NCBI GenBank assembly: GCA_964646575.1
Contig: CAZYFT010000001.1
Coordinates: forward strand, 8,118-72,117
Length of the DNA: 64,000 bases
DNA from: an uncultured Candidatus Saccharibacteria bacterium
Lineage (GTDB): Bacteria > Patescibacteriota > Saccharimonadia > CAILAD01 > GCA-016700035
Reading direction: 5' to 3'
Shown: in pieces, positions 46,841 through 54,561 of the stretch
How the letters are laid out: each line of letters opens with the position of its first letter
Numbering within the stretch: position 1 is the stretch's first letter
Made by a program: the position numbers and the translations under genes
Notes under the pieces: generated by a model
Told to the model about the DNA's origin: nothing
Seen by the model: the letters and a program-made list of their open reading frames with translations, nothing else
Databases searched by the model: none

Positions 46841-49705
46841 GTGAAAAAAACTACATCAAAGTATATTGAAGGGCTTAACCCTGAACAGAAAGCAGCCGTG
46901 TGTCATCTGGAAGGCCCTGCAATGGTAATCGCCGGTGCTGGCACTGGTAAGACTAAGGTTATTACTTCACGTATTGCGTATCTCATCGAGCAAAAACATG
47001 CACAGCCTGAAGAGATTTTGGCCCTCACATTTACCGAGAAGGCTGCTGTTGAGATGGAAGAGCGAGTGGACATGCTTTTGCCATACGGGTACGTTGATAC
47101 GCATATCAAGACCTTTCATGCACTTGGTTATGAAATCTTGCAGGAATATGGCTTCGAGCTGGGGCTGCCACCAAATCTGAAGGTGATTTCTAGCTTACAG
47201 CAACACATTATCTTGCAGGAGGTTCTTGAGGACTTTGAGGATATCATGCATTTCCGTCCAGCCCACAATCCGGGGCAGTTTCGTGCGGCTTTACTGCAAT
47301 TATTTTCTCGACTAAAAGATGATGGCCTCATGCCAGGGGAGTATGCCGAGCAGCTAAAATCACTTTATGAAGAGCAAACGGAATTGCTAGATGAAGAGGG
47401 CTGGCAAAAATACCACGAGGCTGCCAAAATATACGGACAATATCAAGCGCGTTTGCAGGAAAAAGGCTTGATTGATTATGGTGATCAGCTTTTATATGTG
47501 TATACTTTGCTGCAAAAAAAACAACATATACGTGATATTTATCAAAAAATGTACAAGTTTGTACTCGTTGATGAGTATCAGGATACTAACCGGCTGCAAT
47601 CAAAAATCGTACATCTTTTATTGAGCTCGCAGCAAAATCTCATGGTTGTCGGTGATGACGATCAGTCGATATATCGCTTTAGGGGGGCGGATATAGACAA
47701 TATGCTTGGATTTAAGGAGGCATACCCTAAGACTCAGTTTTTTGTGCTATCCGAGAACTATCGTTCTAGCCAGCATATTGTTGATGCAGCTTATTCACTT
47801 ATACAACACAACAATCCGGCGCGTCTGGAGGTTCAGACAGGTCTAAATAAGAAGCTTCATGCCCAGTCTCGTGGACGTCGGCCGGTGGTACAGCAGTATA
47901 AAGATAGCCATGAAGAATTTCACGCTATTGCTGCTGATATAAAAAAACGGAAATCGGCTGGAGAGGCGTTGGGGGGTGTTGCGATATTGTGTCGGAATAA
48001 TTCCCAAACTGAAGAAATGATACATTATTTACAACATTTAGGTATATCTGTAGCTACGCAAGCCAACGGCAACTTATTACATATACCGGTCGTGCGACAG
48101 TGCATAGATTTCGTACGCGTTTTACACGACGTAGAGGATTCTGCGGCTCTATATCGTTATCTGGTTTCACCAAAGATACTAGCCAGCACGCCAAAAGTTA
48201 TGGAGTTAAGTGCTGAGGCACAGCGTAATAGGATTCCACTGAGTGATGTGATAGTAGATAGGCGCGAAGAAGCTACATATGAATACAATGCGGTGAAAGC
48301 TCTTGAGGCATATCGAGAAATTGCCCACAACCATACCATTGGTGAGATATTGTATAAATTTATAACAGATGGGGGCTATCTTGATAGCCTGGCTAATCAG
48401 GCGCTCTCAGAGAGCCAGGCTGCTCAGTCGGTTCAGCAGCTTGCAGCTTTTTTCACACTAGTTAAAGAATTTGAGGCTGTTGAGAAGCATCGTGATAGTT
48501 ATCATTTTTGGAATTACATTCAGGACATGTATAGCTCCGATGTGCTTCAGGATGTTGAACTTATGGATGAAGCACAGGGTGTTCATGTTCTGACCGTACA
48601 TCGCTCTAAAGGGCTAGAATTTGAAACAGTGTACTTATACGACATGACTGAGGGGAATTTTCCAGCTACTCGAAGATCGGACAGTATTAAAAATCTCACA
48701 GATTTAACGGCAGAGCCCAAGGATGTTGCCTTGCGCCATGAACAAGAAGAGCGTCGCTTAATGTATGTGGCGATGACGCGCGCTAAAAAGAACCTTATAC
48801 TAACTTTCTCCCCCGATCACGGGGGCAAGCGGGCTCGTAAGGCCTCTCGCTTTTTGCTAGAGGCATTTGGGACGAGCCTAGCCGTTCAGGACAACGAGGG
48901 GAGTGGTGGGCTGCCCGCAATTTTAACCCGCTATGGGCCGAAGAGGCAGTCTGGAACCGAATTGCCAGCCTTCCCGGTGTCGGAAGACGGATATATAACA
49001 CTCACACCTAATCAGATAGCAGATTACTTGGCTGATCCTTCGCGGTTTTTTGTACGCCATGTTCTTAGATTCCCCATGCCACCATCACACCAAATGGTAT
49101 ATGGTATCTCGATTCACGCCGCTTTAGAATATTTTTATACCGAGAAACTTTCTGGACGTGTGCCGAGAATCGAGATAATGCTTGATGTTTTTCGTAGTGC
49201 CTGGCGCAGTGAAGGGTTTGTCTCAATCCGTCATGAAAATGAACGTCGTAAGCAAGGTGAAGTGAGCCTAAAGCAGTATTATTCACATCATATAGATGTG
49301 GCCGAACCGATTGTCGCAGTAGAGCAGGAGTTTACTCTGGAGATCGAGGAGTTCAAAGTAAATATTCGGGGAAGGTATGACCTTGTTGTGAAAAATACAG
49401 ATGTTGATGGTGTATCAATTAGGGATTTCAAGACGAGTCATGTTGCCAACGAGCGGGTAGCAAAAGACAAAGTTCGCGACTCGATTCAGATGGGGATCTA
49501 TGCCTTAGCGTGGGACCAGCTCAATACCGATAAAACGGCGTCTATTGCCCTCTACTTTACTGAGTCACAGTTGCTGGCTGAGCGCACTAAGATTGAACAC
49601 GAAAAGACGCTGAAGAAGATAGCCGAGGCGGTGACCGGTATCCGCGATGGGAGATACCCACGTCGCGGAAACCTAACCGATCTGGAGACTGAGGGGCTTA
49701 TATAA
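46841..49705 (+). CDS. UvrD/PcrA-family SF1 helicase with a C-terminal PD-(D/E)XK (RecB/Cas4-like) nuclease domain.
   Basis: Walker A AGAGTGKTKV. Helicase motifs VDEYQDTN, GDDDQSIYRFRGA and VHRSKGLEF. C-terminal GRYDLVVKNTDVDGVSIRDFKTS nuclease core. Confidence 0.75.
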   Translation: MKKTTSKYIEGLNPEQKAAVCHLEGPAMVIAGAGTGKTKVITSRIAYLIEQKHAQPEEILALTFTEKAAVEMEERVDMLLPYGYVDTHIKTFHALGYEILQEYGFELGLPPNLKVISSLQQHIILQEVLEDFEDIMHFRPAHNPGQFRAALLQLFSRLKDDGLMPGEYAEQLKSLYEEQTELLDEEGWQKYHEAAKIYGQYQARLQEKGLIDYGDQLLYVYTLLQKKQHIRDIYQKMYKFVLVDEYQDTNRLQSKIVHLLLSSQQNLMVVGDDDQSIYRFRGADIDNMLGFKEAYPKTQFFVLSENYRSSQHIVDAAYSLIQHNNPARLEVQTGLNKKLHAQSRGRRPVVQQYKDSHEEFHAIAADIKKRKSAGEALGGVAILCRNNSQTEEMIHYLQHLGISVATQANGNLLHIPVVRQCIDFVRVLHDVEDSAALYRYLVSPKILASTPKVMELSAEAQRNRIPLSDVIVDRREEATYEYNAVKALEAYREIAHNHTIGEILYKFITDGGYLDSLANQALSESQAAQSVQQLAAFFTLVKEFEAVEKHRDSYHFWNYIQDMYSSDVLQDVELMDEAQGVHVLTVHRSKGLEFETVYLYDMTEGNFPATRRSDSIKNLTDLTAEPKDVALRHEQEERRLMYVAMTRAKKNLILTFSPDHGGKRARKASRFLLEAFGTSLAVQDNEGSGGLPAILTRYGPKRQSGTELPAFPVSEDGYITLTPNQIADYLADPSRFFVRHVLRFPMPPSHQMVYGISIHAALEYFYTEKLSGRVPRIEIMLDVFRSAWRSEGFVSIRHENERRKQGEVSLKQYYSHHIDVAEPIVAVEQEFTLEIEEFKVNIRGRYDLVVKNTDVDGVSIRDFKTSHVANERVAKDKVRDSIQMGIYALAWDQLNTDKTASIALYFTESQLLAERTKIEHEKTLKKIAEAVTGIRDGRYPRRGNLTDLETEGLI

Positions 49706-50134
49706 ATGATGTCCGTGAGTTATCGTGACCAAGAGTGGCTCGAGAATTTACTGGCTGATATTTGGTATCAGCACTTTCGGGATGTTGAGCAGAACAATGA
49801 TGTGATGATTATTTGGGCTAAGCGCGCCAAGCGCCGTCTGGGCTCCATTGAGATGGATAGTCGTGACGGACGTACCTCGATTATTAAGGTGAATAGGCTT
49901 TTTCAGGATCTTGCCGTACCGGAGTATGTAATACGGGCTACTATTGTTCACGAAATGACGCACTATGCTCATGGTTTTGGTTCGCCTCATGAACAGAAGC
50001 AGAAGCATCCGCATAGTGGAGGCGTGATTCGCAAGGAGTTTGCAGAAAGAGGCTTGGTGGATTTGTATTTGAAGCAGAAGCGCTGGCTGAAGGATAACTG
50101 GCGCGACTTTTTACTGGAACGAGGCATGTTGTAG
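49706..50134 (+). CDS. DUF45/YgjP-like zinc metallohydrolase (SprT/WLM-like HExxH protein).
   Basis: IVHEMTHYAHGFGSPH...WLKDNW. The start codon directly abuts the helicase stop (TAAATG). Confidence 0.45.
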   Translation: MMSVSYRDQEWLENLLADIWYQHFRDVEQNNDVMIIWAKRAKRRLGSIEMDSRDGRTSIIKVNRLFQDLAVPEYVIRATIVHEMTHYAHGFGSPHEQKQKHPHSGGVIRKEFAERGLVDLYLKQKRWLKDNWRDFLLERGML

Positions 50135-50150
50135 GCATTTTGTTCGTTTT

Positions 50151-51254
50151 TTGAGGTATACTGGTAGTGTTATGGAAGTCGTATTAATCATACTTTTGGT
50201 TGTTATCGTAGCAGCCCTTATATTCTTAATTATTCGTAGCCTAAAGCCTGCCAGTGCACCTTCTGCTGAGCTAGATGTGGCATCGGTGCAGCTGCTAAAG
50301 CAAGATTTGCAGGGAATGCAGCAGCTCTTGGCGCAGACTCAGTCAGCCATGCAGGACAGGCTTGATAAGAATAATGCCAATGTACAGGAAAGTGTCCATC
50401 AGCAAATGCGTCAATCATCAGAAATCATCCGGCAGGTTACAGAACGTTTAACCCAACTAGATGAGACCAATAAGCGCGTTGTGGATATTACATCGGAACT
50501 TAAAACCTTACAGAATGTTTTACAAAACCCCAAGCAACGTGGAGTCCTGGGGGAGTACTATCTGTCACAAGTTTTAGAAAATGTTTTACCGCCTACGCAG
50601 TATAAATTACAATATGGCTTCAAAAATGGGGATATTGTTGATGCTGTTATCTTTTTAGATAAAGGAAAGATTTTGCCGGTCGACTCTAAGTTTAGTTTAG
50701 AGAACTATAATCGCCTGGTTGAATGCAAGGATGCTGCCGAACGGGAGCGTCTCGTGCGTCAGTTTAAGCAAGATTTAAAGGGCCGTATAGATGAGACATC
50801 AAAATACATTCGTCCTCATGAGGGCACTATGGACTTTGCTTTCATGTTTATTCCTTCAGAGGCAATTTATTACGATCTATTAGTGAATAAGGTGGGGGCT
50901 GCCAATACTACCGCACGCGACCTTATTGAGTATGCGTTTAGAGATAAGCATGTCATCATTGTGTCCCCAACGTCTTTCATGGCTTACCTGCAGACTGTCT
51001 TGCAAGGGTTGCGTTCTTTGCAGATAGAGGAGCAGGCACGGGAGATTCAGGAGAGGGTTGGTTTGCTTGCACGACACCTGAAGAGTTACGATACGTACAT
51101 GCAGAAGATGGGGAATTCGCTCTCTACAACTGTTGGTCATTACAATACTGCCTATAAGGAGTTTAAGAAAGTAGATAAAGATGTCGTGAAGATTGCTGAG
51201 ACCGAACAGGCAATCGAGCCACTGTTGGTTGATAAACCATCGGCTGAAGACTAA
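50151..51254 (+). CDS. rmuC: DNA recombination protein RmuC.
   Basis: N-terminal TM, long coiled-coil, and a C-terminal RmuC nuclease-like domain (QRGVLGEYYLSQVLE...DAVIFLDKGKILPVDSKF). Confidence 0.8.
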   Translation: MRYTGSVMEVVLIILLVVIVAALIFLIIRSLKPASAPSAELDVASVQLLKQDLQGMQQLLAQTQSAMQDRLDKNNANVQESVHQQMRQSSEIIRQVTERLTQLDETNKRVVDITSELKTLQNVLQNPKQRGVLGEYYLSQVLENVLPPTQYKLQYGFKNGDIVDAVIFLDKGKILPVDSKFSLENYNRLVECKDAAERERLVRQFKQDLKGRIDETSKYIRPHEGTMDFAFMFIPSEAIYYDLLVNKVGAANTTARDLIEYAFRDKHVIIVSPTSFMAYLQTVLQGLRSLQIEEQAREIQERVGLLARHLKSYDTYMQKMGNSLSTTVGHYNTAYKEFKKVDKDVVKIAETEQAIEPLLVDKPSAED

Positions 51255-51269
51255 TTTGAAGGAAGTTTT

Positions 51270-52262
51270 ATGAAAAAACGCGTATTATCAGGAATTAAGC
51301 CAACCGGAGATGTCCATCTTGGAGGATATCTTGGAGCGATGCGTGAGTGGCCTAAATATCAGTCGCCCGACAATGAGGTGTTTTATTTTATCGCCGATTT
51401 GCATGCCCTCAATACTCGCCCTAAACCTAGTGAACTACGAGATAAGACTTATGATTTGGTGGCATGGCTACTGGCCCTCGGTATCGACAGCGAACGCAAT
51501 CCAATCTATTTACAGTCGCAGATCCCGGAGCACAGTGAACTGTGTTGGCTCTTAAATAACTTCGTTACCATGGGTGAGCTTTCGCGTATGACCCAATATA
51601 AGGACAAGGCCAAGAAAGGCGGCTCTGAGGGCCAGCTAGTGGCGTTATTTACGTACCCTGTATTAATGGCTGCTGATATCTTGCTGTATAGTGCTGATGA
51701 GGTGCCAGTAGGTGAGGATCAGACGCAGCATGTAGAGCTCACTCGAGATATTGCACAGCGCTTTAACGGTGTATATGGGGATGATTTCTTGAAGCTGCCA
51801 GCCTTTACAAACCCGGCTCATTCAGCACGAGTGATGATGCTAGATGATCCACTGCGCAAGATGAGTAAAAGTGAAGGAGGGGATGGCTGTGTGTATCTAG
51901 CCGATTCTGATGAGGTTATTATGCGCAAGTTTAGCCGGGCTGTAACTGATTCTGAAGCAACCGTGCGCTTCGATAGGGGGAAACAGCCAGGAGTGAGTAA
52001 TCTTCTCGAGATATTTGCTGCTATAAAGGGTAAGGATACGGAGGAGCTTGAGAGGGAATTTGCAGGAGTAGGTTACGGGGACTTCAAGAAAGCGGTTGCT
52101 CAGGCTGTGCTCACCGAGCTAGGACCAATCAAGGCAGAATATAGCCGCCTGCGCTCAGATGAGGGGTATTTGGATCGCGTTCTTCAGCGTGGTCGAGAGC
52201 GGGTAAGTAGTGAGGCTCGTTCAAGACTCGTTGAGTTGAAGCAAACAATTGGACTATTGTAA
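51270..52262 (+). CDS. trpS: Tryptophanyl-tRNA synthetase (class I).
   Basis: HIGH-type GIKPTGDVHLGGYLG, KMSKS (RKMSKSEG), YPVLMAADIL. Confidence 0.9.
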   Translation: MKKRVLSGIKPTGDVHLGGYLGAMREWPKYQSPDNEVFYFIADLHALNTRPKPSELRDKTYDLVAWLLALGIDSERNPIYLQSQIPEHSELCWLLNNFVTMGELSRMTQYKDKAKKGGSEGQLVALFTYPVLMAADILLYSADEVPVGEDQTQHVELTRDIAQRFNGVYGDDFLKLPAFTNPAHSARVMMLDDPLRKMSKSEGGDGCVYLADSDEVIMRKFSRAVTDSEATVRFDRGKQPGVSNLLEIFAAIKGKDTEELEREFAGVGYGDFKKAVAQAVLTELGPIKAEYSRLRSDEGYLDRVLQRGRERVSSEARSRLVELKQTIGLL

Positions 52263-52314
52263 AAAATACACCAGCTTTTTACAGAGTAAACAGTCGAAAA
52301 ATACCCAAAACTTA

Positions 52315-52343
52315 TTGACAAAGCATAAGGACTTTGCTAAACT
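52315..52343 (+). promoter_or_regulatory. Near-consensus sigma70 promoter (TTGACA-N17-TAAACT) inside an ORF-free region.
   Basis: ttgaca aagcataaggactttgc taaact, read directly from the sequence. Confidence 0.45.
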
Positions 52344-52413
52344 AGAGTCAATCTAGTTCATTCAAAACCAAAAACAAAAACCAAGTTACATTCCTTTTCT
52401 ATAAATAACGCCG

Positions 52414-52454
52414 CAAGTCGCTTGGTCTCAATAAAGAGCGACTTGTATTTTTTA
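52414..52454 (+). terminator. Intrinsic terminator (9-bp stem plus T-run) about 100 nt downstream of the promoter. Together they define a candidate ~100-nt small RNA.
   Basis: CAAGTCGCTtggtctcaataaagAGCGACTTGtattttttat. Confidence 0.5.
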
Positions 52455-52875
52455 TAGCTGAACAGTAGGGTAACTCCGACCTGTAGACACCCCCCTTGTC
52501 TCGGGTCGGGCTTCCCCTACTGTTCTAGGGTGCCTCATCGAGAGAGGCGACCATTCCCGACAGATAAATCCTTGTTTAAAGCACGAGAAGACGAGCATCC
52601 CGCACGCCTCTTTATACGCTTTAAGTCTGATCAGTCAGTCCAAACAACCGAAACTGATCAACGAAGATTTGCCTAGACGAATGGTAGGGAAACCGGAGCA
52701 GACGAAAAAAAAACAACTAAACGCACCTTTCGTCTCGAACAAAGTCTGCACCAAAACTTGGATACCTAGGCTTCATCAAGCTTAGATACCCCTCACCGGG
52801 GCAGCACGTGCCAATTGAATCTTTCTCTTTAGGGCAGATGTGACTGCCCCGTAACCACTTACTTACTCATCAGAA

Positions 52876-52904
52876 ATCACCCGTTTGTCAGGGTGATTTT
52901 TTTG
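52876..52904 (+). terminator. Intrinsic terminator.
   Basis: ATCACCCgtttgtcaGGGTGATttttttt. Confidence 0.55.
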
Positions 52905-53101
52905 TTAGCGAATTGCAGTCCTGTGAGAGCACGTGCATTGTACGCTCTGGCCTCAAACTTATACGGTGCAGGGTCTGCATTGCCATAATGGCAAAAAGGG
53001 AAGAGCGGAATTATTGGGCAATTAGTTTACTCATAAGTATGAATAAAAATAGTAGTCAAAACAAAAATCGAAAATAGAAAAATATATTTAGTGTTCATAT
53101 T

Positions 53102-53563
53102 TTGGCAAAAAGTATTCAAATGTGGATACTGTGGAAAAAGCATTGGAAAATAGAGATAATAGAGTCTATGCGAGACGCATCCTACAAACAGCTAGGGCTC
53201 TACATATCTGTCACAATTTTTTCGCTCATTCTGTCTTTGAGTGTAGTGGCATTTCTCTTGCTAGCAACTTCACCGAGAGACATAGGTGCTTTAGGCGTAA
53301 CAGTTTGGTTTATAGGCCTATTTGTACTGGCTACATCTTCTATTTTGTTGGTGCGTTATAATTTTGGAAGACATCGACATCCTGAGCCCCAGGAGCGTTT
53401 TGCGGTGTATAAACGCTCGCTCAGAGGGAGTGCCGTGATGGGGCTTTTTTTTGCAATTGCTCTTGCGATGCAAAGTTTGAGGATGCTGAATCTGGGGGAT
53501 ATACTGCTCTTCCTGCTAACTCTTGCTATAATTGAACTATATTTCCGCACGAAAAAATCATGA
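53102..53563 (+). CDS. Small membrane protein (3-4 TM), hypothetical. Its stop overlaps the pheS start.
   Basis: Hydrophobic helices SVTIFSLILSLSVVAFLLL, VWFIGLFVLATSSILLV and GLFFAIALAM. No motif. Confidence 0.4.
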   Translation: MAKSIQMWILWKKHWKIEIIESMRDASYKQLGLYISVTIFSLILSLSVVAFLLLATSPRDIGALGVTVWFIGLFVLATSSILLVRYNFGRHRHPEPQERFAVYKRSLRGSAVMGLFFAIALAMQSLRMLNLGDILLFLLTLAIIELYFRTKKS

Positions 53564-54561
53564 ATGACACTCAAACAGAACTGCGTCAGGTTCAATCTGA
53601 CTTTACTGCTCGTTTAGCTGAGGTGAAGACCCAGCCAGATTTGCTTACTTTAAAATCGGACTTTCTCGGTAAAAAGGGGAGGCTGCAGGCCATTTTGAAG
53701 TCTCTGAGCGCGCTTTCAGTAGATGAGCGGCGGGATATTGGCGCTCGGGCCAATGCATTAAAGAAGGAAATAGAGGGGCAGCTAGCGCGGCAAGAGTTTG
53801 TTATTGCAGAGAGCGCTGACGCGTCACTCTCTTCAGTTGATCTATCTTTACCTATACGTAGCGAGCAGCGGGTGGGGCATGGACACCCTACACAGCTTGT
53901 TTTAGACGATATTTATGAAGTGTTCTTGCGCTTGGGCTTCGCGGTTGTTGATGGGCCTGAGGTAGAGACTGATTGGTATAACTTTGAGGTCCTTAATATG
54001 CCGGCAGATCACCCAGCCCGGGATATGCAGGATACGTTTTATTTGGAGGCTGAAGAAGGCGCGGTGCCTTTGGTGCCGAGAACACACACCTCGGCTTCGC
54101 AAATTCGCTATCTGGAGACTCATAAGCCACCGTTTAAGATTATCGTGCCCGGGAAAGTCTATCGCAATGAAGATGAGGATAGAACTCACTCCTGGACATT
54201 TTATCAGGTGGAGGGCTTGGTGGTTGGCGAGGGTGTGAGCATGGCGGATCTAAAGGGCACATTGTTACACTGCGTACAATCTTTGCTTGGTTCAGATGTG
54301 AAGATTCGCTTTAGGCCAAGCTTTTTCCCATATACCGAGCCGTCTGTTGAGGTTGACGTGTGGTATCAAAATGAGTGGCTTGAGGTTGGCGGTGCTGGTA
54401 TGGTGCACCCACATGTTTTGGCGCGTGGTGGAGTGGATCCGGAGCACTTTTATGGGTTTGCTTTTGGGTTTGGTCCAGATCGGTTGGCGCTTATTCGCTA
54501 TGGCTTAACGGATTTGCGCAAGCTATGGCGCCCCAATCTTCTGATGAGTGAGGATTTATGA
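53560..54561 (+). CDS. pheS: Phenylalanyl-tRNA synthetase alpha subunit.
   Basis: Class II motifs FRPSFFPYTEPSVEVDV and GAGMVHPHVL. Confidence 0.9.
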   Translation: MNDTQTELRQVQSDFTARLAEVKTQPDLLTLKSDFLGKKGRLQAILKSLSALSVDERRDIGARANALKKEIEGQLARQEFVIAESADASLSSVDLSLPIRSEQRVGHGHPTQLVLDDIYEVFLRLGFAVVDGPEVETDWYNFEVLNMPADHPARDMQDTFYLEAEEGAVPLVPRTHTSASQIRYLETHKPPFKIIVPGKVYRNEDEDRTHSWTFYQVEGLVVGEGVSMADLKGTLLHCVQSLLGSDVKIRFRPSFFPYTEPSVEVDVWYQNEWLEVGGAGMVHPHVLARGGVDPEHFYGFAFGFGPDRLALIRYGLTDLRKLWRPNLLMSEDL

